DNA of 64,000 bases from the NCBI GenBank assembly GCA_944362545.1, contig CALVTJ010000003.1, positions 54,006-118,005 of the forward strand, read 5' to 3'. The notes beneath the pieces are model-generated. The model was not told the DNA's origin and did no database searches. It saw nothing but the letters and a program-made list of their open reading frames with translations. Source of the stretch: an uncultured Clostridia bacterium (GTDB lineage Bacteria; Bacillota; Clostridia; Christensenellales; UBA1242). Shown one piece after another: positions 16,484 through 26,880 of the stretch. Within the stretch, counting starts at the first letter, position 1. The number at the start of each line of letters is the position of its first letter. The position numbers and the translations under genes are program-made.

Positions 16484-17443
16484 TTAAGAAAAATCTTCGT
16501 GGTCGACCGACCTTTTGATTTGTCTAAGCCATTTTGTCAGGGTGTTGTCCTCAATGAGCGCTTTCAAAAGTCCCGGTTTTTCTTTTTCAAGTTTCAAGAC
16601 ATATGCAATGAGTGCCATCATATAATCAAAATCTTTGTCCTTGACAGTGATTTTGCGAAGTGCATCGATGTTGTCATCTATCAGCATAAATTTTTGCGGA
16701 GATTTGACATCTACATCTTTGAAATCTTCAACAAAATTTTTGACTTCTTCATCATAGACCACAAACGGTTTTTGAAGCACAATGTTATCCATTGGCAAGT
16801 CTGTTGACCAATCACCAGCATCTTCTTTGTTTTTGAGAATGTTGAGATGTTTGATGATTTTGTTGTAGATTTCTGCCTTGCGCTGTTCTTTCAAGAAGCA
16901 TGGGTAGCACAAGCCTTTGTATTTTTCATCCGCACCAATGTCAATTTCTGCACCTTCCGTACTCAAAATTCCGTTGACAAACTTGCCATTCATGGTGGCT
17001 TTTCTTCCACACTGACAAATGCTTTTGATTTCACTCAAACTGTCGCAAATTTCAACCAGGCGTTTGCTACCTTCAAAAAGTTCGCCTTTGAAGTTTGTCA
17101 TAAGTCCATAGCACAGCACAGGAATGCGGTCGGTCAGTGAGCGGAGTTGTTCTATCTGTTTTTTTGTGCAAAATTGACATTCATCCACAATCACCACATC
17201 AATTTTTGAAAGGGCATTTTCTTTTTCATAAAATTTTGCCAAATTTTCATCCTTGTCAAAGGCATAACATGGAGCGGACAGCCCAATTCTTGACACAACT
17301 TCACTGGTCGTGTAGCGGGTGTCAACTTTTGGCTTCATCAAAAGCACGCTCATGCCCTTTTGCATATAGTTGAAACGGCACATAAGAGCAGATGCCGATT
17401 TTGAAGAGCCCATTGCACCATATTTAAAATATAACTTTCCCAT
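16484..17443 (-). CDS. tdk: Thymidine kinase with about 130-aa C-terminal extra domain
   Basis: MGKLYFKYGAMGSSKS, VDECQF, YGL.TNF.G.LFEGS, CQCGRKA, Y.GLC..C; AAGGAG SD before ATG 17443. Confidence 0.92.
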   Translation of the reverse strand: MGKLYFKYGAMGSSKSASALMCRFNYMQKGMSVLLMKPKVDTRYTTSEVVSRIGLSAPCYAFDKDENLAKFYEKENALSKIDVVIVDECQFCTKKQIEQLRSLTDRIPVLCYGLMTNFKGELFEGSKRLVEICDSLSEIKSICQCGRKATMNGKFVNGILSTEGAEIDIGADEKYKGLCYPCFLKEQRKAEIYNKIIKHLNILKNKEDAGDWSTDLPMDNIVLQKPFVVYDEEVKNFVEDFKDVDVKSPQKFMLIDDNIDALRKITVKDKDFDYMMALIAYVLKLEKEKPGLLKALIEDNTLTKWLRQIKRSVDHEDFS

Positions 17444-17614
17444 TGTTAAAACTCCTTTGCTTATATGATAACAAATTTTGACAAAATTGCAAAATATTGT
17501 GGCAAGGTTGTCAAAAAATGTTGGCAAAATTTGAAAGAAAACACTTTTTGTTTGGAAACATTTGCAGTTTTATTGTATAATCTTTTCAGAAGAAAATTTG
17601 ACAGGAGAATTTGC

Positions 17615-19423
17615 TTGAAAGATTTAAGTTTAATAAGAAATTTTTGCATAATTGCACACATAGACCACGGCAAAAGCACTTTGGCGGACAGATTGATTGA
17701 AATGACCGGCACTGTTTCCAAACGCGATATGCAGGACCAAATTTTGGACAGCATGGACCTTGAAAGAGAAAAAGGAATAACAATCAAACTTGCTCCAACA
17801 AGGCTTGTCTATGACTTTGAAGGAAAGGAATATATCCTAAATTTGATTGACACACCGGGTCATGTTGATTTCACATATGAAGTGTCGCGCTCACTCGCTG
17901 CCTGTGAAGGTGCTTTGCTTTTGGTGGATGCTTCGCAAGGTGTGGAGGCACAGACATTGGCAAATGCCTATCTTGCCATTGACAACAATCTTGAAATTGT
18001 GCCGGTTATAAACAAAATTGACCTTCCATCTGCACGAGTTGATGAAGTCAAAATGGAAATTGAGGATGCCGTTGGTCTTGATGCCGAAGATTGTCCTTGT
18101 GTTTCAGCAAAGGATGGAACAAACATAGACCAAGTTTTGAAGGCAATCATAACAAAAATTCCTGCACCGGTTGGAGATGAGACAAAACTGCTCAAAGCAC
18201 TCATTTTTGACAGCCACTATGACAATTTCAAGGGTGCAATTTGCCTTGTGCGAGTGTTTGATGGAACAGTCAAGGCAGGGGATAAAATTTTGATGATGCA
18301 AACTGGCAAGGTTTTTGATGTCACAGAAGTGGGTGTTTTTGTTCCACAAACAAAGATTGTTGACAATCTGTCTGCGGGGGATGTTGGTTATATTGCCGCA
18401 TCAATTAAAACTATTGCCGATGTCAAGGTTGGTGACACGGTCACATCTGCTGAAAATCCAATTGAAAAGCCACTTGCGGGCTATAAAGAAGTGCAACCGG
18501 TGGTTTACTGCGGAATTTTTCCTGTGGATGGAGCAAAATATAACGAACTCAAAGACAGCCTTGAAAAATTAAAACTCAACGATGCAAGTTTGCATTTCAC
18601 ACCAGAAGTTTCAGGGGCGCTGGGCTATGGTTTTAGATGTGGTTTTTTGGGGCTTTTGCATTTGGAAATCATCACCGAAAGGTTGGAGAGAGAATTTAAT
18701 CTCGACATAATCACAACCGCTCCAAGCGTGTCTTATCATGTTTACAAAACTGATGGTTCAATGGTGGAAGTTTCAAATCCATCAAATTTGCCGACAACGG
18801 TGGAGATTGAGCGAATTGAAGAGCCGATTGTCAATGTTCATATCTTTACACCGCCAGAATATGTCGGTTCAATCATGGAACTTTGCCAGGACAAACGCGG
18901 AATTTACACTGACATGCAATATCTTGACAAAAAACGTGTAGAATTGAAATACACTCTTCCGCTCGGAGAGATTATTTATGACTTTTTCGACAGTTTGAAA
19001 TCACGCACAAAGGGCTATGCAAGTTTTGACTATGAAATGGCAGGCTTTAAACCGGCGGATTTAGTGAGAGTTGACTTGCTTTTGAACGGAGAAAAATGTG
19101 ATGCTCTGTCACTTATTGTGCATAAAGACAAGGCTTATAACCGCGGAAGAGAACTTTGTGAAAGACTGAAAAAAATCATTCCGCGCCAACTCTTTGAAGT
19201 GCCAATTCAGGCATGCATAGGAAACAAAATCATTGCGCGTGAAACAATTTCAGCAATGCGCAAAGATGTGCTTGCAAAGTGTTATGGCGGAGATATAACA
19301 AGGAAGAGAAAGTTGCTTGAAAAGCAGAAAGAAGGCAAAAAGCGAATGAGAAAAATCGGAACGGTGGAGATTCCATCCGAAGCCTTTATGAGCATTTTGA
19401 AGTTGGACGATGAAGACAAGTAA
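17615..19423 (+). CDS. lepA: Elongation factor 4
   Basis: [45 protein letters not shown]; TTG start after AGGAG. Confidence 0.98.
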   Translation: MKDLSLIRNFCIIAHIDHGKSTLADRLIEMTGTVSKRDMQDQILDSMDLEREKGITIKLAPTRLVYDFEGKEYILNLIDTPGHVDFTYEVSRSLAACEGALLLVDASQGVEAQTLANAYLAIDNNLEIVPVINKIDLPSARVDEVKMEIEDAVGLDAEDCPCVSAKDGTNIDQVLKAIITKIPAPVGDETKLLKALIFDSHYDNFKGAICLVRVFDGTVKAGDKILMMQTGKVFDVTEVGVFVPQTKIVDNLSAGDVGYIAASIKTIADVKVGDTVTSAENPIEKPLAGYKEVQPVVYCGIFPVDGAKYNELKDSLEKLKLNDASLHFTPEVSGALGYGFRCGFLGLLHLEIITERLEREFNLDIITTAPSVSYHVYKTDGSMVEVSNPSNLPTTVEIERIEEPIVNVHIFTPPEYVGSIMELCQDKRGIYTDMQYLDKKRVELKYTLPLGEIIYDFFDSLKSRTKGYASFDYEMAGFKPADLVRVDLLLNGEKCDALSLIVHKDKAYNRGRELCERLKKIIPRQLFEVPIQACIGNKIIARETISAMRKDVLAKCYGGDITRKRKLLEKQKEGKKRMRKIGTVEIPSEAFMSILKLDDEDK

Positions 19424-20546
19424 AACGACTTTAAACAAAGAAAATAGATGTGAACAAAACATTTCAATCTATGTTCACATTCCTTTTTGTGAGCAAAAGT
19501 GCAATTATTGTGCTTTTAATTCTTTTTGCGCAAGTGAAAAGGTGAAAGATGAATATCTCGACTTGTTGTGCAAGGAAATTCAGGTGCGAAAGATTGACCG
19601 AAAGGTGCAGACAATCTACATTGGTGGTGGAACGCCTAGCACACTGTCATGTGCACAGATTGAAAAGGTGGGAAAGTGTATTTTTGAAAACTTTGAGGTC
19701 ATGGGAAATTCAGAATTTACTATTGAAGCGAATCCAAATTCCATAACTGAAGAGTTGCTCAAAACTTGGCAAGGGCTTGGTGTAAATCGTTTAAGCGTTG
19801 GGGTGCAGTCACTTGATGATGAGAGTTTGAAAAAGATTGGCAGACTTCACACAAAAATGCAGGCAGTGGAGAAATTGGAACTTGCCAGCAAGTTTTTTGA
19901 CAACATATCAGCGGACTTGATTGTCGGACTTGAGGGGGAAACAAGCGAAAAACTTTGCAATTTTGCAAATCAACTTCTCTCATGTGGTGTCAAACATATC
20001 TCATGTTATCTTTTGGAAATTTATCAAAACACAAAACTTTTTGAACTGATAAAGAAAGGGAAATATCATCCGCTTGATGATGACAAAACAATTGACAACT
20101 TCAATGCGCTTGCGGATTTTTTGCAAGAGAAAGGAATGTGGCGTTATGAGATAAGCAATTTTGTTTTTCCGGACTTTGAGAGTCAGCATAATTTAAACTA
20201 TTGGAAGCGTGGAGAATATCTCGGTTTTGGATTGTCGGCTCACTCATTTTTGGATGGAATAAGAAGTAAAAATGCCGAAACATTGGCAGAATACAAAAAG
20301 GGAAAACGCAAATATGAAAAATTGACAAAAAAGGAAACACTTGAAGAGATAATCATGCTAGGGCTTCGATGTTATGCTGGAGTGGAACTTGATAAGGTCA
20401 AAAGACTTGGTTATGACATCACAAAAAATGCATTTTTTGAAGAATATAAAAAAGATGGAATTTTGATACAAAAAGATGACAAAATCTTTTTAAATCCAAA
20501 ATTTTATCATTTGAGCAACACAATTATCTCAAATCTTTTTGCCTAA
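19410..20546 (+). CDS. hemW: Radical SAM heme chaperone HemW
   Basis: YVHIPFC..KCNYC.F, GGGTPS, YEISNF, HNLNYW; follows lepA. Confidence 0.9.
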   Translation: MKTSKTTLNKENRCEQNISIYVHIPFCEQKCNYCAFNSFCASEKVKDEYLDLLCKEIQVRKIDRKVQTIYIGGGTPSTLSCAQIEKVGKCIFENFEVMGNSEFTIEANPNSITEELLKTWQGLGVNRLSVGVQSLDDESLKKIGRLHTKMQAVEKLELASKFFDNISADLIVGLEGETSEKLCNFANQLLSCGVKHISCYLLEIYQNTKLFELIKKGKYHPLDDDKTIDNFNALADFLQEKGMWRYEISNFVFPDFESQHNLNYWKRGEYLGFGLSAHSFLDGIRSKNAETLAEYKKGKRKYEKLTKKETLEEIIMLGLRCYAGVELDKVKRLGYDITKNAFFEEYKKDGILIQKDDKIFLNPKFYHLSNTIISNLFA

Positions 20547-20693
20547 AATTTGCCCTTTTTGAAAAACACAAAACGCGACAGTGACAAATTATTTTGAAAA
20601 ACATTGTCAAAATGCTTGCAATCTTCACTTGATTGTGTTATAATGCCGATGTAAAGTGATTTTGCTTGACACATTGTCAACACAGGAGTGATT

Positions 20694-21032
20694 ATGTCCA
20701 AAATTCAACTTCAAGATTTTGTCAAATATGGCAGATTGTTTGAAATTTATGGTGGTCTTTTGAGCGGTGACAGACAAAAGATTATGACAGCGTATTTTGA
20801 ATATAACATGACACTTGTTGAAATTGCTGAAGAACGCAAAGTGACAAGACAGGCAATTTTGGATGCTATCGACAAGTCTTGTGAAAAACTTGACAAGTTT
20901 GAAAAAACTTTGCATATTGCAAGTGACAGGCAAAAACTTTCAAAAGATTTGATTGACATAAACGACATGGCAATCAAAAATGGACAGAATGAAATCTCTG
21001 AAAAAGTCGAAAAAATTTTGAGGAAAATGTAA
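20694..21032 (+). CDS. ylxM: YlxM (UPF0122) SRP-associated HTH protein
   Basis: YGGLL...Q....YF...L.EIAE...VTRQA..D; directly upstream of ffh. Confidence 0.9.
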   Translation: MSKIQLQDFVKYGRLFEIYGGLLSGDRQKIMTAYFEYNMTLVEIAEERKVTRQAILDAIDKSCEKLDKFEKTLHIASDRQKLSKDLIDINDMAIKNGQNEISEKVEKILRKM

Positions 21033-22345
21033 TGGCATTGTTTTCATCATTAGCAGAAAAATTCAATCATATCTTTTCCAAATTGACCAAGCGCGGAAAA
21101 CTTACCGAACTTGAAATCAAGGAGGCAATGAGAGAAGTTCGAATTGCTCTTCTTGAGGCCGATGTAAACTACATGGTGGCAAAAAAGTTTGTTGCCGATG
21201 TGGCCGAAAAGGCTGTTGGCGAAGATGTGATGAAAAGTTTGACTCCAGGTCAAATGGTCATCAAAATTGTCAAGGATGAACTGACAAAACTCATGTCATC
21301 TGACAATCAAAAATTGCAAATTGCATCAAATCCGCCAACGGTCATCATGATGTGCGGACTTCAAGGTGCAGGAAAGACCACAATGTGCGGAAAACTTGCC
21401 TATCATCTCAAAAAGAGTGGCAAAAAGCCTTTACTTGTGGCATGTGATGTTTACAGACCTGCAGCTATAAATCAGTTGCAGGTTGTGGGTAAAACGGCAA
21501 ATGTTGAAGTGTTTGAACGAGGCACTCAAAATCCTGTCAAAACTGCAAAACAGGCAGTTGATCACGCCAAAAAACAGGGTTTTGATGTGGTGATAATCGA
21601 CACTGCGGGCAGACTTCATATAAATCAAGAATTGATGCAAGAACTCAAAGACATCAAAAAGGAAGTCAAACCAACCGAAATTTTGCTCGTTGTGGATGCT
21701 ATGACAGGTCAAGATGCCGTGACAATTGCTGAAAGTTTCAACAATGACCTTGACATCACAGGTGTAGTGCTTACAAAACTTGATGGAGACACTCGCGGTG
21801 GTGCGGCACTTTCAATCAAGGCCATCACAGGAAAGCCTATAAAATTTTCTGGCGTGGGTGAAAAGATTGGCGATTTGGAACCTTTTTATCCAGACAGAAT
21901 TGCCAGCAGAATTTTGGGCATGGGCGATGTGCTGTCACTTATTGAAAAAGCACAAAATGCGGTCAGCGAAGAGGAAGCAAAGAAACTTGAAGAGAAACTT
22001 CGAGAAAATTCCTTCACATTTGAGGACTACCTTGTGCAGATGGAAAATCTCAAAAAGATGGGCAGTTTGACTGATATCATAAACATGATACCGGGCATGG
22101 CATCAAAAATGAAGGGGGTTGTGATTGATGAAAAACAACTTGCCGTCAACAAGGCTATCATTCAAAGTATGACAAAAGAAGAAAGAATCCATCCAGAGAT
22201 TATCAAAGCCAGCCGAAGAAAGCGTATAGCAGATGGCAGTGGCACAACAATCCAACAAGTCAACACGCTTCTCAAGCAGTTTGAACAATCCAAAGAGATG
22301 ATGAAACAGTTGAAGAACAGGCGCGGACTTCGCGGAATGTTTTAG
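21032..22345 (+). CDS. ffh: Signal recognition particle protein Ffh
   Basis: GLQGAGKTT, DTAGR, TKLDGD.RGG, SRRKRIA.GSG. Confidence 0.98.
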   Translation: MALFSSLAEKFNHIFSKLTKRGKLTELEIKEAMREVRIALLEADVNYMVAKKFVADVAEKAVGEDVMKSLTPGQMVIKIVKDELTKLMSSDNQKLQIASNPPTVIMMCGLQGAGKTTMCGKLAYHLKKSGKKPLLVACDVYRPAAINQLQVVGKTANVEVFERGTQNPVKTAKQAVDHAKKQGFDVVIIDTAGRLHINQELMQELKDIKKEVKPTEILLVVDAMTGQDAVTIAESFNNDLDITGVVLTKLDGDTRGGAALSIKAITGKPIKFSGVGEKIGDLEPFYPDRIASRILGMGDVLSLIEKAQNAVSEEEAKKLEEKLRENSFTFEDYLVQMENLKKMGSLTDIINMIPGMASKMKGVVIDEKQLAVNKAIIQSMTKEERIHPEIIKASRRKRIADGSGTTIQQVNTLLKQFEQSKEMMKQLKNRRGLRGMF

Positions 22346-22431
22346 GATGATATAATTCAAAACTTTAAAAGGTTTTGGTTTATATAAAACGAAAGCGAAA
22401 ACTTTCAAAAAAAGAAAAAAGGAGAGAAAAA

Positions 22432-22689
22432 ATGGCTGTTAAAATTAGATTGACAAGATTGGGCGACAAAAAGACACCTTTTTATCGTGTTGTGGTTGCC
22501 GACAGCAGAAGTCCAAGAGATGGAAAATATATCGACCTTTTGGGAACATATAATCCATTGACAAATCCTGCTGAAATCAAGATTGACAACGAAAAGGCTC
22601 AAAAGTGGCTCAAAAACGGTGCTCTTCCAACAGAAACTGCAAAGTCAGTTTTGGTTAAGAGCGGGGCTATTGAAGCAGAAAACAAATAA
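22432..22689 (+). CDS. rpsP: 30S ribosomal protein S16
   Basis: [29 protein letters not shown]. Confidence 0.98.
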   Translation: MAVKIRLTRLGDKKTPFYRVVVADSRSPRDGKYIDLLGTYNPLTNPAEIKIDNEKAQKWLKNGALPTETAKSVLVKSGAIEAENK

Positions 22690-22742
22690 ATTTGCAAGTT
22701 GCAGACTGTTTTTTGCGTGAGAATTGAAGTTAAGGAGAACTT

Positions 22743-22973
22743 ATGGACGAATTATTGAAATTCCTTGTAAAAGCCATTGTTGTTGATGAAAACAGCGTGG
22801 AAATTGAAAAGGAAGAAGATGAAAGTGCCATCACATATCATGTGAAAGTGGCAAGTGGCGACCTTGGCAAAATCATAGGTAAAAATGGCAGGACTGCCAC
22901 AAGCATAAGAACAGTTATGAAATCAGTTGGCACAAAGACTCACAAAAAAGTTTTTGTGAAATTTGAGGATTAA
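22743..22973 (+). CDS. khpA: KH-domain RNA-binding protein KhpA
   Basis: DLGKIIGKNGRTA.SIR; between rpsP and rimM. Confidence 0.92.
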   Translation: MDELLKFLVKAIVVDENSVEIEKEEDESAITYHVKVASGDLGKIIGKNGRTATSIRTVMKSVGTKTHKKVFVKFED

Positions 22974-22974
22974 A

Positions 22975-23472
22975 ATGCAGTTTGTATGCGTTGGCAAAAT
23001 CATAAAACCGCAGGGTATCAAGGGGGAAGTGAAGATTCAGCCTCTGGTTGATATCCCTGCGATTTTTAATGGCAAACATCCACTGTTTATTGAGAAGAGA
23101 GAAACTCCTTTCAAACACGCAACATTTAGGCTGGGTTATGCCTATGTGCAGTTTGATGAGATTACGGACAGGAATGTAGCAGAAAAATATCGCAATCAAA
23201 AGGTTTACATCACCAAAGAAGAATTTGAAAAGGTGGCTGTTGATGCCTTTTTGGTTGAGGACTTGGTGGGGACATTACTTTATGATGAAAACGGCGAGTA
23301 TGTTGGGCAGATTATGGATGTGACAAACTATGGCTTTGATGACATTTTGATTGTCAAAGAAGATGAGCATCTCTATGAAGTGCCGTTTAAAAAAGCTATT
23401 TTCAAAAAGAAGAATAAAGAGATTTATGTCGTGAGAAACGAGTTTAACGGTGCAAAGGTAAGTCAAGAATAA
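22975..23472 (+). CDS. rimM: 16S rRNA processing protein RimM
   Basis: VGKI.KPQGIKGEVK, PRC-barrel C-terminus. Confidence 0.93.
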   Translation: MQFVCVGKIIKPQGIKGEVKIQPLVDIPAIFNGKHPLFIEKRETPFKHATFRLGYAYVQFDEITDRNVAEKYRNQKVYITKEEFEKVAVDAFLVEDLVGTLLYDENGEYVGQIMDVTNYGFDDILIVKEDEHLYEVPFKKAIFKKKNKEIYVVRNEFNGAKVSQE

Positions 23473-23490
23473 AACAAATGGAAGGAAAGG

Positions 23491-24159
23491 ATGAAGATTG
23501 ACATATTGACATTGTTTCCAGAAGCGTTTGCTCCACTTGAGACAAGCATTTTGGGCAGAGCGGAAGAAAACGGCATTTTGGAGTTTAATGTCATAAACAT
23601 TCGAGATTTTTCAAAGGATAAACACAAAAAGTGTGATGATTATCCTTTTGGTGGCGGAGCAGGCATGCTGATGACTGTTCAGCCTTTGTTTGATGCTATA
23701 AATTCTGTTTGGACAGAGAATAGCAAAATCATCTTTCCTTCGCCGGTTGGAAAAACTTTCAATGTAAAGAAGGCTCAGGAACTGTCAAAGTTTGACCATC
23801 TCATCTTTGTGTGTGGACATTACGAAGGGGTGGATGAACGCATTTTTCAACTGTTTGATATCGAACAAATTTCCATTGGAGATTATGTTTTGACAGGGGG
23901 CGAACTTCCAACAATGGTTATTGTAGATTGCGTGGCAAGGTTTGTAGATGGTGTTATTTCAAAGGAAAGTTTGGAAAGTGAAAGTTTTTCAAATGGACTT
24001 TTGGAATACCCACAATATACAAGACCGCAAGAATTTAAGGGATTAAAAGTGCCAGAAGTGCTTGTGTCAGGCAATCATCAGGAAGTTGAAAAGTGGAGGC
24101 AGGAGCAAAGTTTAAGTCGAACACAAGAGAGAAGAAGTGATTTGCTTGAAGATAGATAA
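23491..24159 (+). CDS. trmD: tRNA (guanine37-N1)-methyltransferase
   Basis: DDYPFGGGAGM, CGHYEGVDER, SIGDYVLTGGE, PQYTRP. Confidence 0.98.
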   Translation: MKIDILTLFPEAFAPLETSILGRAEENGILEFNVINIRDFSKDKHKKCDDYPFGGGAGMLMTVQPLFDAINSVWTENSKIIFPSPVGKTFNVKKAQELSKFDHLIFVCGHYEGVDERIFQLFDIEQISIGDYVLTGGELPTMVIVDCVARFVDGVISKESLESESFSNGLLEYPQYTRPQEFKGLKVPEVLVSGNHQEVEKWRQEQSLSRTQERRSDLLEDR

Positions 24160-24164
24160 TTGCT

Positions 24165-24220
24165 TGCATAATACCAAATATTGTGGTATTATGCGTTGCA
24201 TACCACACTAGATATGGAGA
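24165..24220. repeat. Intergenic palindrome family copy 1 (NrdR-box-like core)
   Basis: TGCATAATAC-CAAATATTGTG-GTATTATGC then ACACTAGATATGG; closely matches 39940-39996. Confidence 0.7.
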
Positions 24221-24224
24221 TAAA

Positions 24225-25037
24225 ATGAATATAAATTGGTTTCCTGGTCACATGAATAAAGCTCTGAAAGACATAAGCGACAAACTCAAAAATGTTGATG
24301 TTGTCACTTATATTCTTGATGCACGCATTCCAGTCTCATCACTCAATCCAACGCTGAGCACACTCACACAAAACAAACCAGTGCTCTATGTTTTAAACAA
24401 AATTGATATGGCTGATACAAAAATATTGAACAAGTTTTTACCAAAATTTAAGGGTGACAAAAGTGATTATTTGCTTTTCAACAGCACACTTTCGGGCAAA
24501 GCGGATGTTTTACTTGGAAAAATCAAATCACTTGCAAAGGCAAAGATTGAAAAATATAAAAACAAGGGTATCAAAGCGAGTATAAGAACAATGGTTGTGG
24601 GCATTCCAAATTGTGGAAAAAGCACACTTGTCAACAATCTTTGCAAGAAGGCAAAGGCAATAACTGGAAACAAAGCAGGTGTGACTAAACATGGTTTGTG
24701 GCTTCCGGTGGGTGATGGCGTGGAAGTTTATGACACTCCAGGCACACTTTATCCAAACATTGCCGACCAAGAAGTTGCCAAAAAATTGGCGTTTGTGGGC
24801 AGTGTTAATGATGATATTTTGGATTTTGTCGAACTTGCAAGCGAACTTCTCAAAATGCTAAATGAAAAGTATCCTGAAAATGTCAAAATGCGTTATAATG
24901 GCGAAACAACGCTTGAAGGCATTGCCAAAGTGCGAAAATATGTGACCGTTGGCGGAGAGACAGACTTGGAAAGAACGGCGAGAAGCGTTGTGGATGATTT
25001 TAGAAAGGGCAGGCTTGGGAAAATCACACTTGATTGA
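24225..25037 (+). CDS. rbgA: Ribosome biogenesis GTPase RbgA/YlqF
   Basis: INWFPGHM.KA, DARIP.SS.NP, NKID, GIPNCGKST, DTPG. Confidence 0.95.
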   Translation: MNINWFPGHMNKALKDISDKLKNVDVVTYILDARIPVSSLNPTLSTLTQNKPVLYVLNKIDMADTKILNKFLPKFKGDKSDYLLFNSTLSGKADVLLGKIKSLAKAKIEKYKNKGIKASIRTMVVGIPNCGKSTLVNNLCKKAKAITGNKAGVTKHGLWLPVGDGVEVYDTPGTLYPNIADQEVAKKLAFVGSVNDDILDFVELASELLKMLNEKYPENVKMRYNGETTLEGIAKVRKYVTVGGETDLERTARSVVDDFRKGRLGKITLD

Positions 25038-25137
25038 TTTTAAATAATGAAAAGATAAACGGCACAAAAATTTGTTTTTGAAATTGAATTGTTATAAAAG
25101 TATAACCATTTATTTTAGTTGTTTATTTGGAGCGAAA

Positions 25138-25512
25138 GTGACAGATTTTTACGAAAGAGATGTAAGAAAGCGAAAAAACAAAATTGTGGGAAATTCCGGC
25201 GAGATAAAGGCGGTAAATTTTCTCATGGAAAAGGGATATGAGATTTTGCAAACCAATTTCAAAACCAAGTTTGGAGAGATTGACATAATTGCGGAAAAGG
25301 GGGATGTGATTGTCTTTGTTGAAGTGAAAAACCGTTCGACATTTGCTTTCGGCAGGCCGATTGAAGCGGTGACATATCGTAAACAACAGACCATCAAGCG
25401 TGTTGCAGAAGTGTTTTTGGGGATAAATAACATTCCATTTCACGATGTGCGTTTTGATGTGATTGAAGTGTCGGAGGATGATATAATTCATACAAAAAAC
25501 GCATTTGACTGA
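25138..25512 (+). CDS. yraN: YraN family (UPF0102) endonuclease-like protein
   Basis: G..GE..A..FL..KGY.I, GEIDIIA, FVEVK.R, RFDVI; GTG start after GGAG. Confidence 0.9.
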   Translation: MTDFYERDVRKRKNKIVGNSGEIKAVNFLMEKGYEILQTNFKTKFGEIDIIAEKGDVIVFVEVKNRSTFAFGRPIEAVTYRKQQTIKRVAEVFLGINNIPFHDVRFDVIEVSEDDIIHTKNAFD

Positions 25513-25563
25513 TTGTTCGACAAAATAAAACAAAAAAAATCTTGGAAAATTTTGTCAAAACAC

Positions 25564-25593
25564 TTGTATTTCTCAATTTATCTGTGTTATAAT
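25564..25593 (+). promoter_or_regulatory. sigmaA promoter of rplS
   Basis: TTGTAT-18 bp-TATAAT with TG extension. Confidence 0.6.
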
Positions 25594-25605
25594 GTCATAG
25601 ACTTC

Positions 25606-25646
25606 GGGTGTTCCGCTGGGTTGTTTACATAAACTTTATGAGCATC
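25606..25646 (+). promoter_or_regulatory. L19 leader RNA
   Basis: GGTGTTCCGCTG...ATGAGCATC stem upstream of rplS, resembling the Bacillota L19 leader. Confidence 0.7.
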
Positions 25647-25677
25647 ATGTCGAAAATCTGAAAAAAGGAGATAAGTC

Positions 25678-26028
25678 ATGGCAAACATTATTGATCAAAT
25701 TGAAAGAGAAGGCATGAGAGAATCTGTTCCTGAATTTGCCGTTGGTGACACTGTTAGAGTGACAGTCAAAATCAAAGAAGGCGACAAGGAAAGATTGCAG
25801 GCTTTTGAAGGTGTTGTTATTGCCAGAAAGAATGGCGGAATCAGAGAAACTTTCACTGTTAGAAAAATTTCTTATGGTGTTGGTGTTGAAAAGACATTCC
25901 CTGTTCATTCACCAAAGATTGCTTCAATTGAAGTAGTTAGAAAGGGCAAGCCTAGAAGAGCAAAACTCTATTATGTTAGAGACCTCACAGGCAGAGCGGC
26001 AAAAGTTAAATCAGCCGACAACAACTAA
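25678..26028 (+). CDS. rplS: 50S ribosomal protein L19
   Basis: [39 protein letters not shown]. Confidence 0.98.
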   Translation: MANIIDQIEREGMRESVPEFAVGDTVRVTVKIKEGDKERLQAFEGVVIARKNGGIRETFTVRKISYGVGVEKTFPVHSPKIASIEVVRKGKPRRAKLYYVRDLTGRAAKVKSADNN

Positions 26029-26033
26029 TATGA

Positions 26034-26066
26034 AAAGAAAAGAGAGGTTTGTTCTCTCTTTTTTTG
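26034..26066. terminator. Terminator between rplS and the convergent alkD-like gene
   Basis: AAAAGAGAG-gtttgtt-CTCTCTTTTTTT. Confidence 0.7.
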
Positions 26067-26129
26067 TTGAATTTGAAGATTGTGAACTTTGAGTTGTTTT
26101 TGCATTTTGCAATATTTTTTTGCTCAAAT

Positions 26130-26786
26130 TTATTTGATTCTCAATTTTTCAAGTTCTTCTTTTTGCTCCTTGGTCACTCTGAAACTGTCGTGCGCTTTTG
26201 AAATGGCTTTGTTCCGCGTGAATTTGTCTTTGACATTTGAAATTTCACGCTTGGCTTTTTCAAAATCATATGCACACAGTTCGGCATAAAACCAAGCAAG
26301 TGCCATTTTAACATAAAATGCTTCGTTTTTGACCTGTCGCAAATGCATTAACACATCATCCAATCTTTCGGTTTCAAGAAAATTTCGCATGAGTGTGACA
26401 ATGCCAACTCTTGCATCAAATTCTTTGTCACTGTCAACAAGTTTGGTCAAAAATTTGTAAGATTTTGAGCCTGATAACATTTTCATCGAGGATGGCACAC
26501 TGTCGCTTGTGCACCAATTGTCGATATATGGAAGGATGTTTGAGAGATATTCAAGTTGTTCATCTTCGCTTTTGATGTTGCCAGCACTGAAAACATAGAG
26601 CAAAATCTCTTCATGTGTCAGGTGACTGTCAAGTTCAATGTATTCGGGTTCTATCTCTTTGGAAAACTTACGCAAACGTGGGATGCGCACACCAAAGATT
26701 GGATATTTTGTTGTGATAAATTTTTTGTTAAAGGCAGCATATCTTATGTCGGCATTTTCGTTTAAAAATTTTTTGATGTTTATCAT
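26130..26786 (-). CDS. DNA alkylation repair protein (AlkD-like HEAT-repeat glycosylase)
   Basis: GVRIP.LRK, IDNW...D, YVKMALAW, FTRNKAISK..DS.RV. Confidence 0.85.
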   Translation of the reverse strand: MINIKKFLNENADIRYAAFNKKFITTKYPIFGVRIPRLRKFSKEIEPEYIELDSHLTHEEILLYVFSAGNIKSEDEQLEYLSNILPYIDNWCTSDSVPSSMKMLSGSKSYKFLTKLVDSDKEFDARVGIVTLMRNFLETERLDDVLMHLRQVKNEAFYVKMALAWFYAELCAYDFEKAKREISNVKDKFTRNKAISKAHDSFRVTKEQKEELEKLRIK

Positions 26787-26847
26787 ATTTGTCCTTTTGT
26801 TTTTATTTTGCATTCTCTTCATACCATTTGCAAAATTGTTTTATTGC

Positions 26848-26877
26848 AAAAGAAGCGAGAGTTTGACCCGCTTCTTT
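26848..26877 (-). terminator. Intrinsic terminator after the ABC transporter gene
   Basis: Minus strand AAAGAAGCG...CGCTTCTTTT hairpin. Confidence 0.65.
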
Positions 26878-26880
26878 GTT

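Noticed and set aside
17475-17540. Clustered TTGnCAAAA words resembling an iteron or operator array
   Set aside because: The same words are abundant throughout the window, including coding DNA, and the spacing is irregular
17444-17614. Apparent overlap of N-terminally extended tdk (17527) and lepA (17465) ORFs
   Set aside because: Both have SD-supported starts further in (17443 and 17615); the interval is a divergent promoter region
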